From positions 24,614,001 to 24,678,000 of the forward strand of contig CM022671.1 in NCBI GenBank assembly GCA_012295275.1: a stretch of 64,000 nt of DNA. The letters run 5' to 3'. This stretch comes from Chrysomallon squamiferum (lineage: Eukaryota > Animalia > Mollusca). Below, piece by piece: positions 1 to 15,679 of the stretch; positions within the stretch are counted from its first letter, which is position 1; each line of letters starts with the position of its first letter. The position numbers and the translations under genes were made by a program. The notes under the pieces were generated by a model. It ran no database searches, was not told the DNA's origin, and saw only the letters and a program-made list of their open reading frames with translations.

Positions 1-3000
1 AAATATTTTGTGTTGGTGATTCTGCATTTATTTTCAACCAAAATATCCAGAGCACACATCCATTTTTTCTATGAAAGTATTTACTGTCAGCATTTATCAG
101 TGTTAGAAAGATATTACGGTAGGTTTTGTTCAAACACTGTTGCAAAGCAAAACTTGCCGTCACAGTTCTGTAATGACACACACACACACATTTCAACATG
201 TCAACACCTGAGCAGGTTCATGATGGTCATCACTGTAGAGTTGCCATACTCAGCACCTAATCTTTTAAATAACAATGAAACATCAGTGCTCGGGTAGGTA
301 ACCTGTGATTTAACAGAAAGACCACCCAGTCAATGAGAAAAAGATCTGAACAAAGATGTGGATGTAAAACTTGGCTGAAAAGAAACAAAATACACAGAAC
401 TGTTCGTCTGGTATCTAGTTTGAAGAGGGAACATTTTGTTGTATTTATAACAAATTCTTCAATATCTTTTTGTACATCCACTGATCATCCATTCATTTGT
501 TCATACATACATCCATCCATTTATTCATCTGTTCATTCATCTATTCTTCCATCCTTCTGGTGTCTCCCTCTCTAATCATTCCTTTTTTTTTTCTTTTTTT
601 TTAATCACATGTCAATCATTCAGGTTTTCATCCATCCTTTCAAAAGTAATGTCATTTCATTTCTTCATGAACGTTCATCTGTCCATCCACAGACAATTCT
701 ATCTGTCCATCCATTCACCCATCCTAATTCTTTCTTCATCTGTATGTTTGACAATTTATGAATATAACAGTACACTGATAGAAAAAGAAAAAAAAGAAAA
801 AGAAAAAATCCTCTTTTAGCACAGCTATTTAACTAAAATAAATAAAAATGTTGATGGTATATTTTTCAAAGGATTAACTTCCATCAGCATGTGATCTCTC
901 GACCAACAAAGCCACTGGACATTGCAAACAATAAACTTTACCTAAAATGTTGACCTTCGCTATGACTGACCAGCTCATGTCCAGCTGTCATGTCTGACTT
1001 CTGTGACAGATGACCACTGATGTGACAGGTACAGACATATGACAGTTAACCTGGAGGCAAGTTTTACCTTTAAAATCATCCAGTCTCTCTAATCTTGATT
1101 CAGATGGGAGTTAAAAGCTTTCAGTCTGCCTCATTAAAATTAATTCACATTTATTTCGTTTTTTTCCTATACCATATTTACCACCATTTGTACTAATGGT
1201 GCATGGTATGTGTTTTCATGTGTGTGTGTTAAATAAAATAAAAAAGATAGTGTATTAGATGAAAGAAGGTTATTTCTGTTTCTGGAAAGGGTGCAAATCA
1301 TGTGTAATGCAAATCAGTGTGTATTCTGAACATCACGTTTGACACAATGTCACAGGATACCATTGTGTAGATTTATTTCCGTGTAGATTGCATATCACAG
1401 TGTATACTGAATATCCCTTGGTACACTCAGTATCACATACTTTATAGATCAAGTTTTGTACAGGCATTGTACACCAAGTTTAAAGTATCATCATTAAGTT
1501 GAAGGTAAACAGACAATGATCAACCACATATGGCTTAAAATACACAGTTTTCTTTCATCATTTTAAAATGGGGAATTTGAAGGTATAAAATCTGGAAGCC
1601 AAGTGTTGCCTATATGTCACAAGTATGATTAATTTTCACAAACATTCTTTCCCCTTTGTTCCAGACCCCAATGATTTGTTTATCAATGCCATTTTAGCTT
1701 TATGAGAAGGTTCACATAAAAAGACCCTTTCCTGCTAACCCCCCCCAAAAAAAAAAAAAAAATCTATTGAAGTAGAAAAAGCTGATTTATTTGTTCATTA
1801 TACAAAATTCTGTACCTAATAACCATTAATATTAAAATGTCTTGAGATGTCATTAAATATTCCTTCCTCCATTCACTCACTTAATTAATCTTGTTGTCTT
1901 GCCATAATCCATCATGTAATCCAAGTACTTCACATGCAGAACCTGTCATCTTTAATTACAGTCAAGTGGTGTGATTAACTGTCATGGTGACAATGTGGAA
2001 CCTGCGACCACTGTCCCTTGGTCAATGCTTTACAAATGGACAGCATTAATTAATAATTATTCGGATGTTGTGGACTCTATTCCTGTCCCTGGCCCCTTGT
2101 TTCGTTGATGTGTTCTGGACAGCTGATAAAAACAGCTGGTAATTGATGGGATTATTGTGGCTGATGGAGCTTGTAATCAGACCCATTTGGTAGAGCCCAC
2201 TGATCAATGCGAAGATCAGCAATAAAAAGCTTGATGGATGGCCCCTGTTTGCTGTGGGAATGGTTAAATTGGTTTCCATGACATTTTTGCATTGACTGGG
2301 TTTTATAAATTGGTTTTTCATAGGAAAAGATTGATAACATGTATTTACTACTTTTGAGTTTGCAACTATAAGATATACAATGTTTTATACAACTAGTGAA
2401 TTGTGTTAGAGCCAGCAAAAATTGTCCGTTTCCAGTTCAGTTTCTTAGATGAATATTTTATTTATATATATATATATTGTTTTTCCTGCCTCTGTTGTCA
2501 CTAGTTGAAGCTCTGTGATTAGATAATTAGCACAAGGATCATAAGATCAGTTCTTGTCTTTGTGACAGTTGATTATTTCCTGTTCCAACAGATGCTTGAA
2601 GACTGTCTGCAATAAAATGCTTATAACAATCCCTATAAAAATTTTATGTTGAAATCTCAGAATATTTGTTGTTAATATTATTGTTATTTATTATCATGAT
2701 AGTTATTATTATTATTTTTGTTATCATTTATTAATATTATTACTAGCTGGTACTGCTATTATTGTTAATATATCCTGGTAGTATTATTGTGTCTGTTGTT
2801 GTTGCTGTTTGTTATTATATGTGACAATAAATTCTGTATATTTTACAAGTTGGTACAGGTGAACAGACTAACACAAAGTGTGTATAGTGTTAGTTATGAG
2901 AAAACATGCTCTGAAAATATTTACCCTGCTACAAGGATCAGCATAAGAAATGTATTTCTGTAAGTTCTGATGAGATCCTGGTAAAGAGTGACGTACATGT

Positions 3001-3822
3001 TTACTATAGTTGTAGGAATATCAGGTAGACTGATTTACACTTGTGTATATAACTCCTGCCAGCTCTTGTTTTCTTCATCTCAGTTCATGTTTCTGTCAGA
3101 AATGATGGCAATTGATGTTTTTATCATGTGTCGTGTTGAGATTTGCTTGTGTGAAAATAACAGCAAAAAGTTGTTATCAATAACAGGCTTAAAAAAATAT
3201 GTGGCGTGAGACCAAACTTTTCGAGAAATAAAGAAAAAGTAAACTGTTAGTAGTTTTAAACATGAGTAAGACTCCGTCACTTCAGTCAGATTTTGTAGAG
3301 GAAGATTAAAGCTGCTTTGTTATGCTGATTAAAATGACTTGTTACAGAAATATTTTTGGTATGCTAGTTATATTAATTAGTCTTATGATAATTATGGTTA
3401 TTATCTAATGAGAAACAAATTCAACAGATAACATTTAGCTACGGTTATTATTATTATTCTTAATTCCTTTTATTTATTTAAACATAATCATATTCTGCAG
3501 TATGTTGTTTTAATTTAGCTTGTTTATAGAATAACTGTGTATAAAAACATTGACATTGGAATGATTTCTTGACTGAACTGGTTATCAGTTTTCTGGTTTA
3601 GAGTTAGATGCAGACCCAAAACAACAAATCAGAATTAGGATCAAGTTAGAAGAATTTCTCTTCAAAGTTTTACAATTATAAGAACATTTTGGTTAATTTG
3701 ATGTGTAAATTAATGTCACTAAAGTGAACAAATGCATAATTATTAGTTAAATAAATATATATTTGCATTTTTTTTCTGCAGTTTAATGATGATGATAGAG
3801 AAATACTCTGATCATTTAACAT

Positions 3823-3970
3823 TGTCACAGACAGGACACCACCTACCACGGTCTTTGATAAACAAGCAAAGGGCACACAGTTGTAATGTGAAACAAGCCA
3901 GTGTATACACTGACTGATCTTGCAACCCGTTATGTTTATTAGGCCAGTAGTCTAACCACTGAACAACAGC
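3823..3970 (-). mobile_element. tRNA-headed SINE relic (Meta-core-like)
   Basis: cacagacagg..taccacggtctttgataaac core and tctaaccactgaac (reverse-complement A-box head); similar to other copies in the window. Confidence 0.6.
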
Positions 3971-6900
3971 GTTATGGATTTAAAAAAACAAAACAAAAAA
4001 CAATTCTTATTTTAGTAGAATTCTGTTGGTGGAGCTGTGTTAGTGTTGTCAGAAATCTTTCACTGCTAGGACTATGGGTGATCTCTTTTCTTTTTCTTCT
4101 GCAGACAGGCAGAATTACTGCTGTTGTTTATTTCAGCCACTGATGTGTTTCTTCTTTGTTTTTCTCTCTTCAGTCTTCATCTCATCACTGGTCCTCTCAT
4201 CCAGTTTACATAATGTGCACAGATGGCCATGGTAATGAATACAAATGGTTATGTTATGTGCATACTGTGGGAAAATGCACCACTAAATCTATTTGCAAAG
4301 TCAGATCAATTGCATGTTAACCAGCAGTCTGAGAAAGGTTGAGACAAGCCTGTTATGGGTATAGACTATTACATCTTTGAACATTTTATTGACCCTTTTT
4401 GAGCAAAAGTTTTCAAAGGTCAAGGGAAGCCTGTTATGGGAATTGTAAACTTACAACAGCTATTACATCATTGAAGAATTTATTGGTCCTTGACAAGCAG
4501 AATATTTTATGTTTTGTCTTTCACTAACACTATTGTAAATTATGTTCATTTTGACAGCTTCTGTTAGGAGAATAATTCTTTGAAACAGCTGAATACATTA
4601 CCAGGGCCAAATTAATGGTTTCTTCTTCAAAATTCCTTCTTGCTTGCTCCATCTGTAAGTAGGGCAAGCAATGAGATTTATGTAGACCATGTTGTGTCTG
4701 GCATTTTGCCAGGTGCTTTTGTTTTTTGTTGGTCTGTGGGAATGGTTTGTGAATTAATCTGGTGGTGTACAAACAACTCTGAAGATAGGGTTTCAGAACT
4801 CTGGGGGAATTTTTTTTTTTTTTCTGGTGAGAGGCATCAGTCATTCATGAACATTTCTTCAACTTTCTACACCTGGTCAGGAAAAAGATAACCTCCTTTT
4901 TTTGAAGAAAAAGAAACAGAAAGATGTAGAAGATAAATTATACATCAATAACTCTTATTGGAGTTTGTTTGGAATATAAACTGCAAACTAGCAGTAGCCT
5001 GCTTAATTATCAGTGTGAAATGAAGTTGATGTTTAGAAGAGATAAAATAAAACATAGCACATTCCACCATTTGTCTGTGGAGAGGAATTTCAAACCAGAT
5101 GTAATCAAAGTCAGTGCTACAGTTGAGAAAATCATCATATTAAAACCAGATAAAATAAACACTCTCACCGAAAAGCCTTATTGACATGTGCAGTCAAAAT
5201 AACACACTGCAGTATGAATGGTAAACTTAAACAGAAGCCACAACATGAAATACAAAACCTTAAATCTGATAGCATGCAGGTTTAATGGAAAATAATTTAG
5301 GATATGAAAAAAAAAAAAAAAAATTAACTTTACATTTTAAGCTTGCTAGTGTGTGTGTGGTGCAAATGGATTTGAGTATTTCCAGTCACACAGCAGGGAG
5401 TCCCCCTCCCAGGGTGGTTGCCAGTTTTGTGAGCGACCCCTGTCAGTGGAGTGATAATTGGTGGATAATGACAAAATTACGGTGCCAGACAAAGAGAAGA
5501 ATAGGTCACTTGAGAAGGCTGTGGTTAGCCAATCATTTCTCCGTAAAAATGAAGACAAATACTTGTGATTGCTATTAACTGTTTCAAAATTACAGCACTT
5601 ATAAGTAATTAAGTTACTGTAGTGAAGTTAATAACACTCATTTTGCCAACCATTTAAGTGATGAATTTCCTTATCTTGCAGTTTATATTTTGAATTCTTT
5701 TAAATTGGTTTTTTAAATGGATTAAGTAAATTTTAGGATCATTATTTCATAAGTTAAAATGCGTTATTATATATATATTGTTATATAATATTTCAGTAAT
5801 TGTGCTTTTCTGTGAAACATTTATGTCTTTTGCTACACAACAGCAATTTTAAGTGACATGCAGGGAATTTCAAACTGATTTTAATTAAATTTCGTGTGTT
5901 TTTGAAAATGTGTTTGAGCATCCCTGAGAAGAATTGATTCTTGGTCTTGTTGCATGCGAAACAGGTCGAAAGCTGCAGTAAAAACATGTTTCACTTATAC
6001 CTTTTCAAACACGCTTCAGAAACAAAATAAACAAGCAAGAAATGAGAGAATTTTTTCTCATGTCTTTATGAGATAATAGAGAATAGCAATTTTGTTTTTG
6101 TCAGTGTACCTCCAGGTAACTTTCAGTCTGTCAAAAAGCCCAGTGCAAACAGCCATTTCCTATTGAGTGTTTTTTAACAGCAAGCTGTCACAGATCCACT
6201 GATGTTTCAGTTGAGCCAGACTGGCTTTGAGTGAAAATTTAATATCTTTTTAACACATTAGAAAAGAGATCGATTATATAATTCTATTTCAGTAATGCTT
6301 GGAAATTAAATTTGATGAACATGCAAGCCAGATGTGAAATAAACGATTTTTGATAATGATCAGTGGTGAAATAATTTCTTTCTAGTAGAAATTAGCTGTG
6401 AAATTAACTCTTTTTTATGTTAGAAATTAAATGCAAAATTAATGTTTTTTTTAAATAAATTTTCTTTTCATTGTAAATTAGCTGTAAAATTCTTCCTGAC
6501 AGATCAGTTGTGAAAGTAACTTTATTGTAATGATCATTTCTGAAATAAAATGTCCTAAAAAAGATGAATGATCAAATTAATTCTTAAGCAGAAATGGTAG
6601 ATCTATATTTGAAATTATGTTTTCACAAATTTTTTTTTATATTTTAAATATTCCTTTAAAAAAAAAAAAGTAGAATTACAATTATATTTTTTTTAACAAT
6701 ATTCAGATATTTTTTTCTTTGTCATGCAGCAGGAGAAACTGATATTTTTCTATGATTGCATCAAAAAAGTTCTAAAATCTAACCTACACTGTTAGACACA
6801 AGTAGATTATGTTTTAGATTAATACCTCGGGAAAAGCCATTTTGCACCTATAAAATGAACATTAAGAAGACATAAAGAAAATAACAAGTGAGATGATATT

Positions 6901-9282
6901 GCTAAGATCCTTTAGAGTTTTGTAAGTGTTGATCATTAAAAACTGTGCAGAAACATTTATGGTGAATTTCCAAAGAAATGTACTTTTTACACCTGGTTGT
7001 TTTCTGTTGTATTTCATTCCTCCTATAATAAAATAATATGAGATGTCCTGTGTATTCTCCATCAGCATTATTTATTTACATAAATGCATGTTGGATGCAT
7101 CTTTAAGTCTAACATTAGTTTGACATTAGGTCTGCACTGATTTATAATGCACAAATTAAAAAAGACCCCAGAAAGCCAACAAGTATATAAGGAATAATTG
7201 TTAATTCATAACTATTTGATTTTCTGACTGCCTTCTTTGCTCCAATTATAGGAAAAATGTACACTGTTTATATCAAAACAGTAATAAATATCAAAACAAT
7301 ATTTAAGGTTTTTCTACCAGCATTACATCTGTCTATAAACAGGGCTAATAACTGAGCACTTTATAATCTTGATTTTGTCTAAATGGTTACTGATTTGTAA
7401 ATGTTTAGGAAAGAATAAAGGAAATGACTTGTATTGAAACTGAACTGCAGAAATATTATTTATTCCAAAATGTTTACAAGGCTTTGTTTTCTGTATGGTA
7501 ATTTCCTTCAATAGCAGAAGGAGTCCAACATTGTTTGATGTTGGCTTTATCTGTCAGTCTGGTCTGATTTAAACTTGATGTTATCAGATTTGTAAGGACA
7601 CTTGTAGTTGTTTATTCACTCATTGTTCTGCAATAAACCTGATCCTGGCTACAATGGGTTTGTTGGTCAGAATGTTACAATGATTCTGCATGTAGCCTGG
7701 AAGCCATTTCCAAACACAAAGAAGCACTTCAGGTTTAACAAATCAAGCTTTAGGTAAGGTATAACTTCCAACAGTCAAGCCTGCCCTTCCTGGGCATGGC
7801 TTGTGTTGCTGTAGCCTGATGTATCTGTGATGGCAATGCAGTATTCATTCTTTGAGATAGATCATAAATCTGTACAGAACACATCTTAATAGAGTTATAT
7901 TCATTGTACTCTTCTTCTTTTTCTTCTTCTTCTTATTATTATTAAAACTTATTCTAGATAGCAGGCAATGTTTTGTCATTTTTTGTGTTGCACTATTGAT
8001 GTTAGCCATTTGTTTGTCTTGATCACATTCACACAAGCCAGCCAATGCATTCCTTGTATGCTGAACAGATTATTGTGGAACTTCAGGATAACAGATCAAA
8101 CATGTTATAGTTATTAAAAAAAATGTGTGCTCATGATAATTAGAGTTTTACTCAGAATTACGCATTGATTTTTCTTTCTGTCATTTCTCTTTTTTTATTT
8201 TCCAAAGTGATATTTTTATGTTTAGGAAATAATTGTATTATCAAACTAAATATTATTTTTCTTTTCTTTATTACAAAAGAATTATTCTGAAGACAATAGC
8301 CAGAAATAAAGATTTTGTTTCTTTCCCCTTCTCTTTCTCTCATCCTGGTAGGTAATCATTTTTTCCCTGTTAGTGTGTATCATAATTAGTTTCTACAGGA
8401 TGAAACAAATAGCTTGTCATATTTGCCTGTCTCAATCAGGAATTTTTGCCAACTGGAGCTACTATCATTAACAACTTTTTGTCTTGGCAAATTGACATTT
8501 GGCAGCAAGCTATGCACTCATTTTGTGATCCAGCTTTGCCAGAAGCCATTGTTAGAAACTTTTTTTTTCTTTCTTTCTTTTTTTTTCTTCTTTTTGATAC
8601 CTGATCTAGTGGTTCAGCTGCAGACAATGCAGCTGATAACCTTCTGCACATATATGAGATGTTGTTATGTTTTCTGAGGGTTCTTTTGTTTTTATGACCA
8701 GTGGTTTATGGTTGTATTGTTAACAGATGAGTCTTGAAGACAGGCTGGAATGCTTGAATATCTAATCAAGAGAAGTGTTGGGCTCAGTGTTAGAGATAAT
8801 TATTTTATTAAAAATGTTTATTCTTTGAAGTGATGACAAGCAGGGCTGTGTTTGACAATTTGATAAAGATGTAATAACGCTGGTGTTATGGTTAAGGAAA
8901 AATAACTATTTAAAATGATAATACACAGATGCTGTGGCTATTGTTGGAAATAAAATGAAAAATGTAATATAACAGATCAGTGAAAAATAAAACAGCAGCA
9001 TAAAATGAAATATTACCAAAATGAATGAGATAGAATATAAATAGAAATAATTTTAATAGTGCCTGGGAATTAGCATCCCTGGCTTTTTTTTTTTTTTAAA
9101 TGTAAAAACATTAAATTCATGGTAAAATGTCAATATTTTGAAGCATTGTATAAACATTAATTTATTTTTAACCATATGAATACTGTATTATGTATTTAAT
9201 TTTCAACAAAAAAAAAAAAAGATTTTTTTTAAAACGTGTTTTTTGAAATTGTACCATTTATCTTCACCAAAATGTATCAAGT

Positions 9283-9322
<40 letters not shown>

Positions 9323-12223
9323 TGCTGGTTCATCTGTGATGACCATGACTGGTCTGTATGATTATTACAGACTGACAGGTCTGTAGTTATGTTAGCACTC
9401 TATGAAGCAATGATCTCTTAGCCTGCTAACAAGTCAACTGTAAGTAGATTTGACTTTTGTCAACAGGTGTGAAATAATGTCAGGACCTGTGATCCTGGGT
9501 TCAGATGGTATTTCTGTTTTCTACCTATCTTCTTCTACACATGACGACACATGTCAGTACCAGGCCTGTAACGAGAGAGACCAGTCACGACATTATCTGT
9601 ACTCACCTGGAAAACTGCAACACGTAAAGTGACATAAAGAGTTTATACTATGAGAAAGGTGAAGACTTAATCATATACATTTATTTAATGTTTTACCTAC
9701 AGTTGCTCACCCGTGATGTCATTCTGCTGTAAACATTCTCAGACAAACTACAGAAAACACGCAAACTCACCAGTTTTAAGTTTCATTTGAAATCTTCTTG
9801 TTGACTGTTTTTATTAATTTTTCGAAAAGTACTTTACTAGTGGTATATTAAATTACATTTGTTGTTAGGACATAACTGGTATTTCTTTCGGTTTGTTTTG
9901 GTTTGTTTATATTATATTAAAGCATTTTAGCTGGGAACTGTCATTGAGAATTCAGAGTTCAGTGTACATGTAGTAGATATTTTGGCACTGTTGATGAGAT
10001 TGTTATTACTATAGCTGATAACATGACTGTATTTTATATTGGCACTGCTGTGATGATGATGTTGGCAGTGGAAAAATACTGTTCAAAAGAATGTTCACTG
10101 AATGACTTGTTTCAATAACAGTAAAGTACAGATTTTAGAAATGGTTAATTTCCATCTTTATCAAGAAAAGCAAACTGGTTGCATTTAATTCATAAATTAA
10201 ATTTCCAGTTACCAGCATGATGTTTTTGTTAGTACATATCAATAGGCACATAGTTATTAACATTCAAATACTGATCTCTGTTTGACACTTTTTAATTTTT
10301 ATGTGTTCTAATGTATTGTCAAACATTCATTTATTCATGCAATATGATATCTATATTTTACTCGTGAAATATCACAAATTTGAATGGGCTGAATTGGGTA
10401 ATAATTATGGGTTCTGCTCAAGAAAAGCAGCTTTTGTAAAATTTATTACTTTAGATTCAGCGCAACATTAAAAATCCTGAAAAGGAAGGTCAAACTTTAT
10501 TTATAATGTCTCCTAATAATTTGCAATATAGCTTAATCTCATTTTGCGAATATTGTCCTCCAGACACACTCGCATGCTTGGCTTCTTCTTTTTAAAACAT
10601 CTCTGTGGTTGCACTTTTATCACTGCATTGTTAAGATACATTTCACTCTTCATATCCCTTTTGACTCTGCTATGAAAATGTAAATCCTTTATGAATGGGC
10701 ATCAGTGGGATGATTGGGAAACTAAAGGTCTTTTTGTAGTGCTTTGCGAGATAGGGTGCAAGTATACAAATAACAATTTTGTAGACCACCAAAGCAGACA
10801 GTTCATTCATATATTTCTGTATATATTATATGTATACAACTTGTTGTTGGGAAGACAGGAAATAAAACAAATTATTTCAAAGTGAATAAAATTTGCTTAT
10901 ACTTTATATGTTACTTGATGAGCAGCATTTTTGCAAAAAACTAATTTAATTTTTTTTAATTTTAGTTTTAATTTTAATCAAGAATTGTATTTTCAAAGGT
11001 CAATTTTCTTTTTGATTTAATAATAATTATCGTATGTTATCTGACTCATAATAGATAAACACTGAGATAATTTCTGCAGCTGTTCAAAAACCCCAAATGG
11101 CTCCCTGCATTTTAGTCATTAAGAATTTCATCATAATAGCCTGTGTCTCCCTATTCACATCATTACAGATCACATATCACAAATAACTGTATTTTCCAAG
11201 CAGAAGACTTCTATTTGGAAACATTTTGGCTCCATGTCTATTTGATGTTGATAATTGTAAAATAAATCCACATGGGTGGGTCTTTAATAGGTCTGGTCTC
11301 ATTTCTGTTATTGCTGTAACCACTGGATCAAAGGAAATAGTATTTACTGATGGAAAATACACGTACAGTATTATTTAATGCCAAATGGTAAATGTTCACA
11401 GTATTTGTTGTAATGGACTGTTAATATTAAATCTAGTTTGGTAGGAGTAGACATTACTGTGTAGGAGTGGACCATTTGTTATAAGAAGAGAGATTGTTTG
11501 GTAGAAAAAAAATGTATGTGCAGAAAAAAGCAGGTCTTATGAGTATGAATAGACTGTTTGATAAGAGCAATTCAAGTCTGTAAGACAGAAACTGGTTCTT
11601 AAAATTTATTTTGTTGAGAAAGGGTTGAAATTTTGGTGAAATGTTTAATATTTTAATTTTTTTTTTCTCATATTTCACTTTATTCTTGCCTTCTCTGACT
11701 GGTGCTGTTGTATAATATTACAAACAATTACTTCCTTCTCTTACTACAGACTGATTCATTTCAAATTTTCTAATCATGTCTTATTTATTCTGCTGCATTC
11801 CTTCCACCTTGTATTATGTCAAGCACTGCAATGTCAATATGTATATTTACTCAACTGACCCAGTGCCTTTCAGCTGTTGACCCAAATTATATCTCTACAC
11901 TTTGTATACATATGATTTGTCTTATCTTTGTCATGTTAGGCAGTTTCTTGGGTGTCACTGGGTGAGATAAACTGCAGACATAGCATTATTTTTGTTAAAT
12001 GTCTGTAAATATAATCTTATATGTATATTTTATCTCGATCCAATCTATGAAATAAAACCGTACTGTGCATTCTGTTATGTAACTATGATCATCCAACCTG
12101 GTAAATGATTCTTTCTGCATCTTCGGGATTGAACAATTGCATTTACTGATGTATTTAATACTGTATCTTCAAATCTTTTACGGAGAATTAGTTTGGTATA
12201 AGATTTCCACATTTTTTTAACTG

Positions 12224-12400
12224 AGGCATGGCTATAGTTCAGTGGTTAGATCATAGGTCTAAAGCATGACAGGTATTATGACCACAGAACCTATTTCCTT
12301 TCCAAGCCAGTGATCTGTGACATGTTTTTAAAGGTTGTGGTATGTGCATTCCTATCTATGGAGGTTTAAGATCAAATACTGCCAGTTGAAAAAATAACCT
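12224..12400 (+). mobile_element. tRNA-headed SINE relic (Meta-core-like)
   Basis: A-box-like tagttcagtggttaga, then agccagtg..aaaggttgtggtatgtgc..cctatctatgg core. Confidence 0.65.
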
Positions 12401-12655
12401 TTGTATTCTATCACTATATGTAATAACCAGTGTGCACTATAACAGTATATAATAACTAGTATGTTCTATCACAGTATGTAATAACTAGTATGTACTATCA
12501 TTATAATGTAATAACCAGTATATACTATCACTATATGTAATAACCACTATATGTATTAACTATCTGTGTAGGCCTATACAACAACCATGACATATTATCA
12601 CTATATGCAGTAACCAGTGTACACTTTAACTATATAAAGTAACCGGGATGTACTG
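12401..12655. repeat. Degenerate ~29-bp tandem repeat (tgtactatcactatatgtaataaccagta)
   Basis: About 8 diverged units immediately 3' of the SINE at 12224. Confidence 0.85.
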
Positions 12656-13927
12656 AATGTAGTTAAAAAACAGACATCAAGCAGACAGGTTTTTATTTTA
12701 GTGTATGTTAAAAGAGCAGTGCACTATAGAGTAAACATGTCATGATAGCACTTTGAAACTTAAACACACTGTTTACACACAGAACTGGGTTTATATTTAA
12801 AGAGGGGGAAGGGTCATGTTGCCTGAATTAGATTATCATTCACAGTTGCCATAACGATTTTGTTGATACATCTCAGCATAGTTAGTGTACTTGTAATAAC
12901 TTTTTTCTGTCATTTTATCTTAATTTTTACTTTATGCTTTTTAAAAAAAAAAAAAAAAAATTATACATATATATAAACACTTATGGTAGCAGAAATGTAA
13001 ATTAAGATTTTTGTGTGAGAAAGTTAATCTGATAAAACACATATGTTATATGACTTCTGCAGTTAAGAAAATAATAACTGCAAAAAAAAAAAAAATAATA
13101 ATAATAAAAAAAAATATCCTATAATACCCAGTAATCATTTTAAAACATTTTTCTTGGCAGTTTCAAATTTACCTGTAATTCAACTTTAAAAAAATAACTT
13201 TAAAAAAATAAAATAAAATAAATGAAAAACAAACAAACAAATAATCAAAAAAATATAACCAGAAACAAAGTAAAAACAAACTATAAAATAAATGCTCCTA
13301 TCTAAATTTTCTGTTTTTGTGTGTGTTTTGGTTTGTTTTCATACAAACACACACAATCTACATTTCTGGCTATTAATTAATGCCATTTTGTGTTTTCCTG
13401 AACTGATTCCTACAAATGCTATTCACCTGACAACTAACATCCAGTAGCTGGTAAACAAACATTCTTCTTCACTAATTCCTTGTCTTTCTTTTCTCTGTGC
13501 AAGTTTAATTTAGTTAGTAATAATATAATTCACCTAACACAGGTGTTGTCCAGGTGCACCTTTATGCTTCGGTTCAGTTGAGTTTCAGGTATGGTTGAGA
13601 AATATTTCGAGAAATAATCTGATGTCAGGAGGAGGATATGGCTGCCAGGTGAAATGATGTGCTGTGTAATGGATATTTAACACAACTAGAATGAGCACAA
13701 CTTACCACTGGCAGATACACAGATACAAATTTCAGCGTGATGATTAAAATGTACACTTAATCCCCTCTCTCACAGGTTTTTTTTTTTTTTTTTTTTTTTC
13801 ACCAAATTTATCCCCCTTCCCATAAAATGTCTTAACTTAATTCTGCAGAAAAAGGCACTCATTTGGGGCATTTTTTTGTTAATCAAATTTTTTTTCATAA
13901 GTATCCTTAAAAATCAAATAATTATTT

Positions 13928-14295
13928 TATTAAAGGCATAAGTCATTATGGTTTTGTGATTTTAATGAAGGCATTATCCATTATGTTTTTCACCTGATAA
14001 TAAAGTTATTCTCCATTGTAATTTTCATCTTATAATAAAGGCTTACATCATTATTGTTTGGATCTTGGAAAACGGTTATAAGTGATTCGGGTTTTCATTT
14101 GATTATAAAGGCATAACTCATTATGATTTTAATCCTGAAATAAAAGCATAAATCATTGTGATTTTGATCTTATAACAAAGGAATAAACAATTACAATTTT
14201 GATCTTAAAATAAAAGCATAAGCCATTATGGGTCTGATCTAATATTAAAACATAATACACAAGTGATTCTGGTTTTTATCTGATGGTAAAGGCAT
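13928..14295. repeat. Degenerate ~35-40-bp tandem repeat (taaaggcataagtcattatggtttt...)
   Basis: Recurrent aaaggcata/cattatg/gatct motifs, about 10 units. Confidence 0.75.
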
Positions 14296-15114
14296 AGAGA
14301 GGTAGATATGCTGAGTTTACATATTATGGCATAGCATAACCGAAAATGGCAACAGAAAAAAGAGATCTGGAAAAAAATGTTACCTGGAATAAATGGCACT
14401 ATGTAATTTTGGAAAAAAAATGTAACCTGAAAAAAAAAATGTTATTGTTTAATGACATTTAGTTATTGGTAGTAGATGAAATGTAACCTCTCTCATATCT
14501 AAAACTGCCTCTTCACAGCCCTGTATTAACAGCCACAAATTGAACCGTAAAATATTTTGTCACTGCACAAACGTTCATTAATTTGGTAACTGCTCTTTCC
14601 CAGTGACATTTTTATTCAGTAGTCAGTGTGTTTTATCTGTGTTAGGAATGTTGATCTACAAACAAACAGTGACACTGATATTTATTGTAAATGTCCTATA
14701 TAAATATTCTGGGTTATGTCTTTATTACAGGAATATATTTGTCTTGCAACAATGACTGGATAATGTAGGCTTGAGACAGTGTTTATTAATTTGCTATTGG
14801 AAAACAAAGGAAGTATGTAAACATAGGGTTAGATGATTGATGATGACACCATTTAAAGAAGCATACTTAAAAACAAAGGTTATAATTCCTTTAGACACTA
14901 AAACCATTTTTCATTATATTTTGGACAGAAACGTTTATAGTAATGTTTACAAAGTTCGTTATAAATGTGAAGATTTACATTATTGGATATACATCACTTA
15001 CATCAATGATTAGTTCATGAAAATGTTACAAAGTAAACCTAGCTTTGGAAAATAAACTTAATAAAATATGTTAAGTCATAATGGTCACTTTGAGAAAAAT
15101 ATTTTATTTTTTAA

Positions 15115-15150
<36 letters not shown>

Positions 15151-15646
15151 TTTTATTTATCTAGTCTATCAGTTTATTTACAATGTAATGAAAAATGAAG
15201 TTAAGCAAAACAAATAGGCATTCAGATACAACTATAATGGAATATACCACTGTGAAAAAGTGCCCCCCCCCAAAAAAAAAAATAAAAATAAAAATAAAAA
15301 TAACAGATATAAAAATGTAGTTTTCGTAGGAGTAGCCAGATGACAAAGATTTTGAAAATTTACAAGAGTAATTTGCCATACCACATGTCATCTTAAATAC
15401 TTAAATCTCACCTACTTGTTAAAGAGATTAAACTGCCACTTTACACTTTCCACTCTTTGATGCTATTCTTGGCTAATCCCTTTGTCCACTCATTCATTCA
15501 GTGTTATTCAACAACTGTGGACAGACTGTGCAATCATACTCAATTAAAAACAAACATCAACAACCACAACCATAGCTGTAACAGTAAAAACGACAATACT
15601 GTGCTGAACAATAATAACAAACATACCAGCCACTACTATTACAAAC

Positions 15647-15679
<33 letters not shown>

